A stretch of 64,000 nucleotides of DNA from Eledone cirrhosa (lineage: Eukaryota). Every line of letters starts with the position of its first letter. Within the stretch, counting starts at the first letter, position 1. The stretch spans positions 341,062,001 through 341,126,000 of the forward strand of contig OZ024743.1 of assembly GCA_964016885.1 (NCBI GenBank). Reading direction: 5' to 3'. The notes under the pieces were generated by a model. It saw nothing but the letters and a program-made list of their open reading frames with translations. It was not told where the DNA came from and searched no databases. The position numbers and the translations under genes are program-made. Shown piece by piece: positions 36,679 to 50,868 of this stretch.

Positions 36679-38576
36679 ATGACCTCACTCAGAATAGGCA
36701 GCATAAATGCGCGTGGCTTGGGTTCGTCATGGAAGCAGGGCCACCTGCTCAACGACCTCAGGTCACTAAACATACATGTAGTGGCCATCAGCGAGACCAG
36801 ACTCTCCGAAGCACGGGCCTTCGCACCGATCTTCGGCGGCTACGATGTGTACGCATCTCCCAGCCGTCCTGGATCGGGGGGGGGGGGAATTGCTGTGCTT
36901 TTTTATGGATCTCGCCATACGGGCCATCTTCCTGAACCCAGAAGGTAAGTTGGTGGTGCTAGACGTGACCAGCGGAGACACGCAAACTTTCAGGCTAGTG
37001 GCCGTCTATGCCTCGACAGGAGCAGGGTGTCCTGATTTCTTCCTGCGTCTGGAGACCTTTCTTGGAACGTCCCGCTCTTTAGTGTTAGTGGGCGACTGGA
37101 ACGGGATCTTAGATGCACGCTGGGACTGTGTGGGATTAGCGGATAGGGGAGGAGGGTGCAAGAGCCTCACCAACCTGCTCAGGCGTTTTGAACTGTCTGA
37201 CAGGTACCGATTGGATTTCCCGAATGTGCCAATGTGGACTTGGACAAACCGCATAGGGTCATCCAGATCATATCTCGATAGAGTATTTTGTAGGGAAATA
37301 GATAGGTCTAGCATAGGCTGTCCACAATTCAAGATAGTCAGCTACACGGACCAGAAATTCGTGATCTGTGTGCTTGACTTAGATAGGCTTCATAGACGAG
37401 GATCCGGCTACTGGAAGCTAAACGCGTCCTTACCAGCGCACAAGGCCTACAGAGACCGGATTAGCGAACTAGTTAAGCGGGCTTTGACGGGGGCCATCGT
37501 CAGCAACAAGTGGTGTTTTGCTCAGAAAAGAGCGATTAGAATAGAGTCCATTAGGTTTAGTAAGGCTTTAGCAATAGAGAAAAATAGAGCAGAGGGAGAA
37601 CTAGTTAGAAAATTAGACGAGGCGCTTAGCAAAGGCATCGTGACCGACGTACTTGCGGCGAAATTGGCCCTTGACCAATTCTTCAATGCAAAGCACGAAG
37701 GCTGCGTTGTCAGAGCTAGGGTGTGTGCTCTCAGACACGAGAGGACGAAAGCCGTTCAATGGGCCCGAGTGGCGGAGGCGCGTCGTGGCAACAAAGCCAC
37801 GATCCGGTCTTTGGTGGACCACGACGGGCGCATGCTACTCGATCCCGGGCAAATGTGTGAAGCTTTTCAGCGACACTTCGCTCAGCTGTTCGGGGGCAGC
37901 GCGGACCGGATCTAGGGATGGACTTTAGTGTCTACCTCGACAGACGGCCACGGCTCTCGGCCACTGAGGCGGAGTGTTGCGAAAATCCTATAACAGCCGC
38001 TGAGGTACGGGAGGCAATGGCTGGCTGTACAAGGGGTAAATCGCCTGGTTTGGATGGTCTGCCCAATGAACTTTACGTACAGATGCCAGACTTGTTCGGA
38101 GACCTCTTGGCGGACGTCTACTGCAACTGCCAACAGAACGGGAGAATTCCCAGCTCTGTGAGCCGAGAAGCGGTGGAGGTGGTGAGAAAGGCTCCGAACA
38201 AGAGGGATAACATAGATAATTTCGGGCCCATAACTCTGCTAAACACAGAGTTCAAGATTTTGGGCAAGGTGCTAGCAAAGAGGTTGGCGCTTGTCGTTGG
38301 TGGTCTGATGGGAGAGGCGCAGACATGCGCCATTTCCGACAGATCTATCTACGACAACCTCCACCTCATGCGATACATCGTAGAGAGGGTAGCTAGAGAA
38401 CCTGGCACGGGTGGGTCCTTGATCAATTTAGATCACTCGAAAGCTTTCGATAGGCTTGACCATCTTTACCTAGCGGCAGTCCTGAGGGCGGCTGGCTTTG
38501 GGCCCGTCTTCAGAGGCTGGATCGCTGCCATGCACAGCGACATCTGCTCTGTGGTGAGATTGAACGGTCACCTTGA
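36679..38576 (+). pseudogene. LINE ORF2: APE domain plus N-terminal half of the RT
   Basis: INARGL, ISETR, VGDWN, SYLDRVF, KSPGLDG and DHSKAFD motifs. Confidence 0.9.
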
Positions 38577-40333
38577 CATATATATGCTGTCTTCAGCAGA
38601 CAGCATGTATATGTGAAAGTATGTATATTTCCTCTGATAATTTGTAATATTTTTACATAGATCTATATGATATACATACCAACACACATATACATCCTAG
38701 AAACGATCGTAAAATGATGATTTTTTAAATATAAGGAACTTATTCTCTGTTTTCATTTCATTGTTTTTGTTAATTTAACTTGATTCTGTTTTCCTATGAT
38801 TTTCATCGACAATTTTTGAATGCATCTTCTATTGTCATGATATTTGGATTACATTGAGTTCTTCATACGGATTGGACACTACCGTATATTTTGGTAGAGT
38901 TATCTACACCCCCCCCCACATATATATATATATATATATATAATTAGAATTGTATACTTATATATATATTGTCTGGTGCGTTTTTCTATAAAACTATTTA
39001 ATGCAGATCGACATTGCTGACTTATTTTTATGTCTTAGTTAGGGTAGTAAATGCAGTGGGTACAAGAACTTCAGGGGCATTAGACAGGTAGGAGGAAATC
39101 GAAAAAGTATCAAGGGCGTCTGTTTTACCGTTGCTTAGCTCAAAGTCAAATTTCATTGTACTGATTTGGATTCAATGTATTCTAAAGATGGGATGCCCCA
39201 TCTTGTTCAGTAATATATCATTTCCGTATTTAAGCTGATATGGTATGACATAAGGTAGGTTTGTTTGCTATTTGAAGCAGAGAGAGAGAGCAGCAATATT
39301 TAGGGATAACGTGTTGCTGTAGTTAGAAAGAATGGAAAGAAAAGATGCCGATAGTCAGATCGGGTAAATGAAACTGTTTCCTCTGGATGTAAGCGGGATT
39401 TAAATTTAGAATGCAGAGTACAAACAAATTTTGCAAATCATTCATTCGGACAATATAACAATTCCTTCTATCCGCGGTCTCTTGAATAGTACTTTATTTA
39501 TCGACTCCCAAATAATGAAAGCTAGGTTGATCACTATGGGATTTGTATTCACAACGTATAGTCCGAGAACAAGTACAACGTCATTTAGACCGACGCTCAA
39601 ATATCCGTCAGTTTCAGCGCTATGTAGCAGGAAACAGATATTCAAAATGTCGGAGATCTGTTCCGAATACATGAAAAAGGAATACATTACTGACGGCATC
39701 CAAGTGTCAGGCAGTGCTGGTTACTAGAACGCGAGATTAAGACTATTACGCAAGATATTCTTTAGTTCATACCATGGCTCTCACCAAAATATCCACTACG
39801 CAATTTCACTGAAAATGCTTTGTTTGTCCAGAATCTATTAAAGAAATGATTAGTCCATGTGCCACGCTGTAGGATCGAATCCTAAACCACGTAAGTGCCA
39901 AGAGAATGTCTTAACCTTGCTCTTACGCTTACACACACATAAGGCACATAAATGATCTTAAATAAATCTCCTTAAATGGTTGGTCTTCAAATACAGCTGT
40001 GACTGCATAAAGAGAATAATTACATCGATTTGAACTTAAACAGTAATTACTACACAGAAGAAAAATATATCTACAATTTTCCAACATATTTTTTTGCCAA
40101 TCTCAAAATAATTATTAATTTAAATGCAGAAAACAAAAATTACCCTATTAGTTTGCGAGAACATATCAATTTTTTCCACCTTATCTCTCACTATGTACGC
40201 CCCCCGCTCACTCCCCCTCTTTCTATTTTCTATCTATTTGGATATCTCCTCTTCTGTTTTATTTGCTTCAATACGTGTATGTGTGTGTGTATATATATAT
40301 ATTTTGCTGTCCTTGTGCTAAAAGTAGAAATAA

Positions 40334-40384
<51 letters not shown>

Positions 40385-40388
<4 letters not shown>

Positions 40389-40917
40389 TGTTTCTACTTT
40401 TGGCACAAGGCCAGCAATTACCCAGTGCATTACTGGTACATTATTCTATCCACTCCCTAAGGATGAAAGGCAAAGTTAAGCTTGGCGAGATTTGAACCCA
40501 GATTGGCAAGTAGGCACAAGGCCAGTAATTTGGAGGGAGGGGAAAGTCGATTAAATCGACCCCAGTACGTTACTGGTACTTTATTTGATCGACCCCATAA
40601 GGATTAAAGGCAAAGTCAACCTCGGCGGGATATGAACTTAGATCATAAAGGCCGTAACTCTATCTTGCAAAGCATGGCGTCCGACCCTCTAACGATATTG
40701 CCAATCCACCGCCTAATATAATATTAATAATAATTGTTTCTACTTTTGGCACAAGGCCAGCAATTATATCAGTGCATTACTGGTACTTTATTTCATCGAC
40801 CCCGTAAGGATGAAAGGCAAAGTTAACCTCGGCGGGATTTGAACTCAGAATGGCAAGGGCCGTAACTCTATGCGTCAAAACATGGTGTCCGATCCTCTAC
40901 CGATACTGCCAATCCAT
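40385..40917 (-). mobile_element. Cluster of three tandem tRNA-SINE family 1 copies
   Basis: Units at about 40385-40510, 40513-40713 and 40733-40917. Confidence 0.88.
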
Positions 40918-43440
40918 GATAATAATATGGTCGAGGAGTCAAATTTTCATTACGTTTATTCAGGTGTGACGCGCGCTTTGCGATTGATTAGCTCAAAGTT
41001 TGATCTTGGAATCAAAAGCTCATCAGACTTCTGTTAGCGCAATGACGGAAGGATTCCCGTACAGCGTTAGGGCGTTAAGAAAAAAAGTATATGTATATAT
41101 AAGGGAGTGCAATGGAGTATTTCACCATTACTTTTGATAAGGTGAGAGAAGCTCAATACACACTAAATGTCCTCAGCGTGTAAGGAATTCAAAATGTACG
41201 AATATATTCTTCGAAATTTAAAGTTCTTGTTGTTGAGGACAGTACTGGTAGCAGGAAGTTAATATCTAAAATGAAGAAAAACTAAGCTTAATAACTTAAA
41301 TCCATTCTTTAATTTCTATGTACGTTTCTATACAAGGGACGTTTCTATAATGGTACATACATTAGCATAGTTCTCGTCAAAATAAGGTAGACCATCGCAA
41401 AATAGCATTCCATGTAATAATGTCTTGATTGGAATTTTATATGCCAAAGCATGATCATCATCTTCTTCTTCTGTTCATCTGCCCGGGTGTGTACGCAGTG
41501 TGTTTGTACATATGTGCGATGATGTTTGTGATTTTATGTGAATACCTGTGAATACCTGTCTATGTGTGTACGCTTAGTCTTTGTTCGCGTCTATGTGAAT
41601 GGGTGTGTTGATGAATACTGCCACATGGTACGTGTCGGTGTGCAAGTGGACTGAAATAGTGTGTGGGATGTTTGGAGGTGTGACATGGAGAGTCGCCCAA
41701 AAGAAACGCAGTGGTGCTGTTTCCTCTGAGAAAGTTACTTATTAAAACCTCCATCATATATACGGAAGCAAGCGTTTAACAGAAGAAAATTTTACTCTTT
41801 TAGCGACAAAAGAAAATTGAAGTACATGAAACTGAAACTCTCTTCTCTAATCAATCATCATAATTTAATTCCTTTAAACATGTTCTTAGCGTTCGAACTA
41901 ATTAAGCAGTTCTTGTGACGGTCTACTTAAGCTTGCACTGCTCTCAGTCCTTTTGAAGAGTTTCGATAGCAAATGAAAAGATCCTTTTAAAGTATGACAA
42001 AATTACTTACCTAGAAGGGATCTACGGATATCTTTGATGTTTCCGTTTTTGACTGAAAATAACGGTCGTTTTATATATGCGCAAGGAAACGAATTAATAG
42101 CTACCTCTTTGTATTCTAAATCATTCCATAATATATAGAAGCTCACATAGCTTTGATCATAAGTCTGTTTAAATAAAATACGCAAAGAACAAAAACAGTT
42201 GTCCATATTGCACAGTAGAAAGAAATAACGAAATATATTTTACCTGTTTATATACTTGTTTATTTTTCAATGTGTAATTGCTACATTTACATAATTAGAT
42301 GTAATCTTATATGCATACTTATACTTACATACACCCAAACCGGGACACCCACATCCACGCAAAAAGACAAACAAACACACACAGATACACATATATCCAT
42401 TTGTACATGCATATATGTGTGCATATAGTTTCGAAGATGTATTTCGAAGTATTTTTTCTTTTGAACGTGTTCATAAATGCAGTAAAGAAATCTCAACGTT
42501 TCCTTGATCGTAATTGTTTCTGTATACTAAGATAACCCATGATATTTTGTAGTTAGTGTGTCTCTCCTTTAGTCGTCATACATAACGCTGTGGCATTCGC
42601 TTACCTTCCATATATTAAAGTACATTTGTGATTCGTGTAACGATAATTATAGTATACCTAACATATACCCTTCTAAGATTTAGTGCATTTCAAATGTTGT
42701 TGGAGTTAATTGACTGCGGCTTCATATAACTTTAGCACAGTTTTAGCATTACAACGTTAGGTTTGTTGATGTTTCTTATATAAATTTTTGTAGATGGACG
42801 ATTATTGCCTTGGTTACCAGGCATAGTGTCTATTAACTCGGCGAATGCATGCTAATTACGAGCTAAAATTCAGTGTGATTACTATTTGTAATAATGCCAG
42901 CGACGCTGGAAAAAAAAAAGAAATTATATTTTAGTATACGGTTTGATGCAGACAGGGAAATGTTTGGAAATTAAATTTTTGAATATTTTAATGTGGGTTG
43001 GAGTTAAGCCAGGTGATATTTCGGGTATGGATGCCCCGTTATTTTGTATATTGTCTTCGGTTTTTGGTTAGATCTTTTCGTGTATGAAAGTATTTATTTC
43101 TATGAAACCATTTTCCTATGGCTATTATTTTCTAAAATGTATTCTACAATCAAATGTGGTTTGCCTGAAAATACAAGGAATTTTTATATAATTTATAATT
43201 ATTTGCACATAAATCTACGGTGCAATCTGAAAAGATGACCATACTTATATCAATGTTTTTAATAACGTTAATTTCTATTTATTTGAATGTATTTATTAAG
43301 CTTTTCTCGCATCATCGGAATATATTTATATATGTATAAGGTCTTCTGTACTAAAGCGTAGAAGACTTATATATATTGAATTTCTGATGGTTCGGTAAAG
43401 GCTTAATATATACGTTTAAAGAAATAGAACTTAACAATAG

Positions 43441-43537
<97 letters not shown>

Positions 43538-43650
43538 AAAATTAAGATAAATTAAATGAATTTAATCTAAATCGAAATTGTGGGTGTCATGTCATAACGG
43601 CATGCGCCATATCGCCTGGAAAATAAGCTCAAAGATAAATCCGAGCATTT

Positions 43651-44226
43651 TATAATAACTAGAAATTGATTAACATATAAATATACATGACTAATCACAG
43701 GAGATAATTTTTACACGCGTGTAACCACGCATAGCTAGTTTGGGTAATAATTAAATTTATACCTTTAAGTATGATTAACCTTCCTTGTATATATCCCATT
43801 AAAGAAATATATTTCACCAATTAATCAGATGGTAAGTCACGGAAAGTGGATATTATTGGATTGTCAACAAGGAAGAATAATAATGTTCAGCTATCCATCC
43901 TTACACAACGAGTTTAAATCCTCATCTGGCCGCTACCACGTGTTGTGTCTACACATGACAGCAGCTTCGTTTCAGTGGCGTTGTGTAAGGATGGATAGCT
44001 GGACATTATTATTCTTCCTTGTTGACAATCCAATAATATCCACTTTCCGTGACTTACCATCTGATTAATTGGTGAAATATATTTCTTTAATGGGATATAT
44101 ACAAGGAAGGTTAATCATACTTAAAGGTATAAATTTAATTATTACCCAAACTAGCTATGCGTGTAAAATTATCTCCTGTGATTATTCATGGTATATTTAT
44201 ATGTTAATCAATTTCTAGTTATTATA
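43651..44226. repeat. Near-perfect long inverted repeat (~250-260-bp arms, 68-bp spacer)
   Basis: 43651-43910 is the reverse complement of 43979-44226, apart from one ~12-bp indel and a few mismatches. Confidence 0.93.
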
Positions 44227-46101
44227 TATATACATATTGTTATACTTTATGAGGATCATGTTAGTTTTCTCTTCATGTTGTTTTTCTCTCGTATTAGTAT
44301 TCTCTCATGTTTGTTTTTTCTTCAATTTCTAAACTTCCAGATTATTGTTTATTTGTTTATTGTCAAAGCTCTTTCATCACACATTCTGTGATCTCGCCGG
44401 TGACGAATTTCATATTCTGTGTCTCTCCTTTGTTCTATCCTGCACTATCTTGTTTTCATGAACTGTCTTGCAGGCACACAGACACATACACACACACACA
44501 TATATATATGTAGATCCCGAATAATATCGTGGGTTAACTGCAGCTAAAAAGCTTGCTCAATACATTAGTAGAGTCTAAGCATTTTTACTTCATATGCACA
44601 TGACTTCTACAGAACAAGAAATGTTTCATTCGTTTGAAAGCATTATACTTCCCTGATGATTTCACAAAAATAAATATCATAAATAACAGAATAAGTCTGT
44701 TTTTATTTGGCTAACACTGCCTGAAACAGATATATGTAAATCACATATCTTTATAAATAATACCATGGACAGAAAAATGGGGCTGAATTCTATTCTGGAA
44801 TTACATCAGCGACCGAGTAAGCTCTGAACCGTACATGATGTCACTGCTTATCCATCCCACATTGGTTTGGTAAACTAGATAGTATTTATTTGTGGTCTGC
44901 CTGTCGAACATAATTAAGTTACAGCAATTATACTGCATCATATCTAGTTTAGATAGTATAGTAATATATTTTGATAATATCTTAATTACTATTGCAGAAA
45001 AACTCATCATTACAATTTCTGAGTTGTTTTGAAATTTTCTTTATATTCTTAATAGATACCATAGATAATTGTGAAATGGCACTCTATCCATTCTAATACA
45101 ACTGTAATTTCTTTCTTTTTATAATTAAAGTTTTCTTAAATTTGTTTTATAAATTTGACATTGATTTCTAGTTTCAAATTTAGCAGTTGAACCACTACGC
45201 ATATTACTTCATTTTTCATCGACTACAGTTTGATGAAACACAAATAATTCCCCTCTTGGTTTGAACTCAAAGCGCGTAAAATCGCAGCTAAATACTGCGA
45301 AGTATGCTGTCCATCATTTTGCCAAATCGTTCACTCCACCATCTTAATGAGTTCTAAATTAAGATTAAAACCAAAGCACTGGGGAATGAAATAGACGAAT
45401 AAAGTGACTATGGTTTTCCACAAGTATACATTTCATCGTTGTCGAAGAAGGAAAGGCAAAGTCGACCTCAATCGCCGTATGATTTGAAATCAGGACGTAA
45501 CTGGTTTCAACTGGATATGACAAGATATTTTACATGAATCTTTACCGAGTCTGTCAAAGCAGAGCCCGGACTGAATTGAATAATCCTGTGTTATGCCTTG
45601 ATTAAGTTTATTTAATGTTTTGCTTTGTACTTTGCCAGTCATTCAATTTGTTTCAAAAGATTATTATCATTTGACTAGCTTTTCATTTCAACTATCTTAG
45701 TTGTTTGCGGGAGATTGAGAGAACGATGTTTTAAATTGACGAAATATTTTAGGTTACAGCAACAGCACTGCAATATAACCAGATTAGATAATGTAGCAAT
45801 GTATTTTGATAACATCATAAATATTAACCATCAAAGTGAAACTAATGATTATAATGTGTAAGAAGTTCTTCAGCAATTGTTCATTTTCTTATCTGATATT
45901 TTGATATGCCACCCTGTTGTCTGACATCCAACTGTATATACTATATTTTCTATTTTCTATTAAAACATGTTTTGCTTTTTTTTATATATATTCAGCAAAG
46001 AAATATAATTTCAATACAATTGTTTCTACTTTTGGAAACGACAATGTTTTTCAACAAATATTGTCGGATATGATAGAGACACATTGAAATCGAGATTATT
46101 T

Positions 46102-46912
46102 TGTATATCTAAAACAGAGAATGTCTGTCTGTCTGACTCCCTAAAACTCGAGAGCCACCCAACCGATTGTTTTCAAACTTTACACATGTAATACTTATGG
46201 TCGTGTGAGTGTTTTGAGCATATACATATCAAATATTCAATGCCATAGGGACCGCATTAGGCGCCGGAACGTCGCGTCCTAATAATATCTATCTGTATGT
46301 CTGGTGTCTGCATTACGGCATTATGATATCGCTATCTGTGTGTGTATATATATATATATGTATATATAGTGTGTGGGTATATATATGTATATTCTTCTCA
46401 TTACTGATGTATTATGTTAGCTATTTTCCGTTCATTGCCAGGAAACGTCTTACCGAACCAAAGTATCGTCTTCCTCTTTTCCTTCGGTTGCAACGTTTTT
46501 CGAAATATTTACTTCTGCGTTCACAGATTGATTTTTTTAGTTTCAGAAGATCCCGTAAAGGGTGAAAGCAGCGATCCTTCGCTTAAACTTTAATCTGTTA
46601 TTTTAATATATATATAAATATATATAAATATATATTCGTGTCCAGATATTTTTGCATACACAATAACAAAATATAAACAAATGTATTTATTTCACGAGGC
46701 TCGGCAGCAGCAAAAACAACAACATAAAAGAAAGGGAACGCAAATACATGCTTTTGAAAAATCTTAATGGAAAATGATTTGCCTATTCACCCAAGGCGAC
46801 TTCACTTTTTATTAGGACTTCTGCATCAATTGATGAACATACGACGAAACTGTTTCAGAAAGGAGAGATAAACATGTTTAGAATCCCGAGCAACGCCGGG
46901 CCATTCTGCTAG
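46102..46912 (+). mobile_element. Non-autonomous Helitron containing a nested hammerhead-repeat copy
   Basis: 5' ...tatatctaaaacagagaa(tgtc)n...aaccgatt; 3' hairpin cccg-agcaacgc-cggg followed by CTAG|T at 46909-46913. Confidence 0.75.
46539..46589 (+). ncRNA. Hammerhead with variant core CAGAAGA
   Basis: agttt-CAGAAGA-tccc(gtaaa)gggt-GAAA-gcagcgatccttcgc-TT-aaact. Confidence 0.6.
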
Positions 46913-47471
46913 TTATAACTATAAAATAAAGTACCAGTAATGTACTGGGTTATTGCTGGCCTTGTGCCTAACGTAGAAACAATTATTTCAGCCGTAAGAA
47001 GCAAGGCATCATTATCTCGACTTATCCTCAAACGACATATCATCTATTTATCAGATAGATAGATAATCTATCTATATATCAACATAAATCAAAATATCTA
47101 TCATTCTATATATATTAACACATGTACAAACACATACATGCATTCGCTTTTACACATACACTTATTCATGTGTATGTTTAAATATATTTATATATATATA
47201 TATATATATATGCATGTAAGTATATGTTAAGGCACACACGCACACAAATATTTATATATATATTGTTACATATGGGGAGGGTTATGTCGTTATAATATTG
47301 CAAGACATATAAAATAAAACAGACTCACTGTTTGGTTTGGGTTGGTTTATATATACATATCATATATATATATATGTGTATATATATAACGGAGATGTGG
47401 TAAGGAACCAGATGGACCATAACGCCCCAGAGTACTCAATACTTAGGGTAGTAGAGTGGGTAATAAAAAAG

Positions 47472-47568
47472 TATGACCCCCGAGGGCAGAGCTCAAGCCG
47501 TTTCGACGGCTATTTCTGGACTCAGAAATAGCCGTTGAAACGGCTTGAGCTCTGCCCTCGGGGTCATA
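47472..47568. repeat. Near-perfect hairpin with ~46-bp arms and a 4-nt loop
   Basis: tatgacccccgagggcagagctcaagccgtttcgacggctatttctg-gact-cagaaatagccgttgaaacggcttgagctctgccctcggggtcata. Confidence 0.95.
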
Positions 47569-47598
47569 TATATATATATATATATTTATACAAACACA

Positions 47599-47629
<31 letters not shown>

Positions 47630-47632
47630 CAT

Positions 47633-47692
<60 letters not shown>

Positions 47693-48081
47693 GTAAGCAG
47701 AAATAACAATGAAAATGACACATACGTTGAAAAAATGTTAGTTTAACGCTTGAAATAACCGGAAAACGTACTTCCCTTTCGGACACTCACTAGTCTTTCA
47801 TCAGAAGATGAAAATCGGTGTAAAATGTAAAAACTGAGAAGAGGGAAGAACATCAGAAAAAAGAAGGGGAGGGGGGTTGACGCGTGCTCGACGGTTTCGG
47901 CTAGTTACCTCTTCTTATATATATATATATATAAATGAGCGTGTGTGTATGTGTACCTGAATTTATATCTGTTTTTGTGTCCCTATATTTGCTTCTTGGC
48001 AGCCCTTTTTGTCGGACATGGTTGCCACCGTCGATAGTATTAATAAAATTGTAGTTACAACTGAATGCTATTAATATTCTC

Positions 48082-48250
48082 AGTAGAGGGCCGGACACCA
48101 TGCTTTAACGCATAGAGTTACGGCCCTTGCCATTCTGAGTTAAATCCCGCTGAGGTTAACTTTGCCTTTCATCCTTACCGGGTCGATAAAATAAAGTACC
48201 AGTAATACACTGGGTATATGCGGCCTTGTGCCAAAAATAGAAACGATTAT
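48082..48250 (+). mobile_element. tRNA-SINE family 1, 5'-truncated
   Basis: Family core and tail. Confidence 0.88.
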
Positions 48251-49242
48251 CATTATTGCTGTCCTTGTGCCATGGGTGGTAGGGAGGGTTGTCATGATTA
48301 CTATGTTAGTACTGTTATTAATGTAAGAATTTGTTTAAGGCGACCCGCACCACCAGGCCTTTTTGTTGCCGTCGTCACCGTGATGGGTTCATTACTAGTG
48401 TGGTTGTTGTTGTTAATGTTGGCGCTGTCTGGCTTTAGGGTAGTTGTACTCGCTGCCATTAACTTGGTACTAATATCATTAATATCACTACTACTGCGAT
48501 GACCAGTGTGGGCGTTCGGCGGTGTTGTTGTTGTTGCCGTTGTTGCTGTTGTCGCTGTTATGTTGTGGATGGATGCCAACAAGTATGTTTATCGCCCTAC
48601 CACAGAGTTCCGTTTGTTTGGCTGTTGTTATCATTGATGTTGTGAGCGGGGTATTACTATCACTACGACTGCTGCGGCCAGTGTAGGCGACGTTGGTCGG
48701 TGTTTGCTGTTGTTGTTGTTGTTGTTGTTGTTGTTTTGAATGTGGGTGTTATCAAAATATATACATCACCCTACCTCAGAGTTTCGTTTATTGTTTCCAC
48801 TATCTACTGCATTCTGGCTACGCATAGACTATCATTTGATACAGATCAACACAACATACTTGAAGGGTTACCTTTCTGCTCATTTACGACCTCAATTCCG
48901 TGGGGGATGCGTGAATCCTGATTTCGATAATTGACACGTGGATAATACTTTACTCCAGATAGTACTTTACTCCAGTAAACACGACGGTTGGCGACCCTTT
49001 CAGGAACTCATATGTCTGCTGGACGCACGAGCAGAAGGACGTGTGTCTTTTTTTCCTGTCGGCTGCATATCATAAAATCGAATTTCATCTGAGGATACTG
49101 TTCTCATAACACTCAAAACAGCAACAAATGCATGAATGACATCTGGATTGCATGGGAGAACCGTTGAAATATTTATAATGAATAAACAATTTATGTTACA
49201 TCAGCATCTTTATTAATGTTATTATATATATTTATATATATA

Positions 49243-49317
<75 letters not shown>

Positions 49318-49373
49318 TATGGGGGGGGGGGTATGTATATATGTATGTATATATGTATGTATATAAATATATT

Positions 49374-49830
49374 GTGTCAGGTCGTTCTCGAGTGCTACTT
49401 GTAACATGTAACCCAGTACAACCCGCACCAAGCTAGTTTGGTCAGGTGGATGATATATGGACGCCCTGCGGGATAAAATACAAGACCCGGCAATGTAGAA
49501 GGAACTCAGCAGAGTCAATGGCCATCCAAATAGTACTTATTTTTTAACCTGGGAGTGAAAGGCCCCCAGTTGTTGTCACAACACCTTTCTAGGAGAGGGA
49601 AACTCTGAGGCCTCGGAAGCATCCGATCATGTTGACTAGTTCTCCTTTTTGGGTAGTGTTTGCGAGTGGAATTGGTCGACGGCAAGGCATTTCCCCACTT
49701 AAAAAACCTTCAGAGCACAGGAATTGCTTGTTCAGGGTCTGTTACAGGTTCGTGTCACTGGCCGTAACCTAAAAGTGCACAAAACTCTATAACCTGACAA
49801 GCGATTGAAGTATTCTTAGTAGAGTTTACA

Positions 49831-49838
<8 letters not shown>
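49374..49838 (+). mobile_element. Divergent subfamily of the non-autonomous RTE-like element
   Basis: Shares the 5' gtgtcaggt...gtgctact.gtaacatgta, the internal tctaggaga.ggaaactctga and the 3' cagcca(t/c)cat(AT)n with 56113-56723. Confidence 0.75.
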
Positions 49839-49875
<37 letters not shown>

Positions 49876-50758
49876 TGCGTGCGAATGTGTGCGTGTGTGA
49901 TGGAAATGAATAGTATGAACAATTTCTAAAGACGTTTTTAGAATATGTACCGATGAAATAAAATTACAGCAAATATATAGCTACACGTAGAGAAAAAAAA
50001 TATATATAACTAAATTTATTTTTATGAATTTATCTATTACTTTAACCTTGGTTTGCTTAGCAGCAAGCATAAAGTCATACGTAGTATTCCTATATCTTAT
50101 TAACGACAATCCCTCCGTCCATAAGAGAGGTTCTTTTCATTTGATTAGAAATAAAATTGTTTAAAATTGTTTCTCTATTTTGCCCTTATGTTTTCTCACT
50201 TTTTCTTTTCCCCACTTCTCATTCTTCTTTTATTTTAATATTTCAAACATATTAATTTAGTTGTTTGCTTATTCTTTTTAAAACTCCTATTCAGAAACCA
50301 ACTGTCTCGTTCGTCAGATTCACACCAAACCACAATACATGAATATTACATGCTAACATTCAACTTCATCTTAAACTGAATTAAACCTTACCCTAAACCT
50401 TAGTAATAAGTAGAAAAATAGTCAATGCTTTGTAAATAATAGCCACAGCAAAATCTTTAAATAACCCTTCTCTCATGCTTGCACAATTTCACCTTCAAAA
50501 CAAAGCGATCTAAATAAATATCATATATACATTCTTCGTTGTTACCAAATACTCTTACTAAGAATAATTACAGGGTTAAATAAATAGTTTAATACATAAG
50601 ACATGGCTATATATTAATTTATTTATCTATACAACTAACAATATATTATTTATCCATTTAGTTATGCCCTTCACTCGAACATTGTCTTCCTTGTCTTGTT
50701 TCATTGGGTATTTACTGTCGTCTAATAAAGTTTATATTTCCATCAATCCATTATACAC

Positions 50759-50829
<71 letters not shown>

Positions 50830-50868
50830 TACACACACACACACATATACATATATATATATATATAT

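Larger units (their letters stand above)
35026..38576 (+). mobile_element. Tx1-type LINE, 3'-truncated within the RT
   Basis: Head follows (ATT)n; ORF1 remnant; ORF2 ATG at 36679; homology stops at ...aacggtcacc. Confidence 0.9.

Noticed and set aside
39442-39699. Minus-strand ORF with SH3-like SAETDGYLSVGLNDVVLVL
   Set aside because: The DNA is a decayed SINE (aaatccc...tcaacctagctttcat...gtcgataaataaagtac); the resemblance is coincidental.
47755-47812. CTGATGA-stem-GAAA on the minus strand
   Set aside because: No UH after stem III and no stem I partner; counted only as a degenerate relic.
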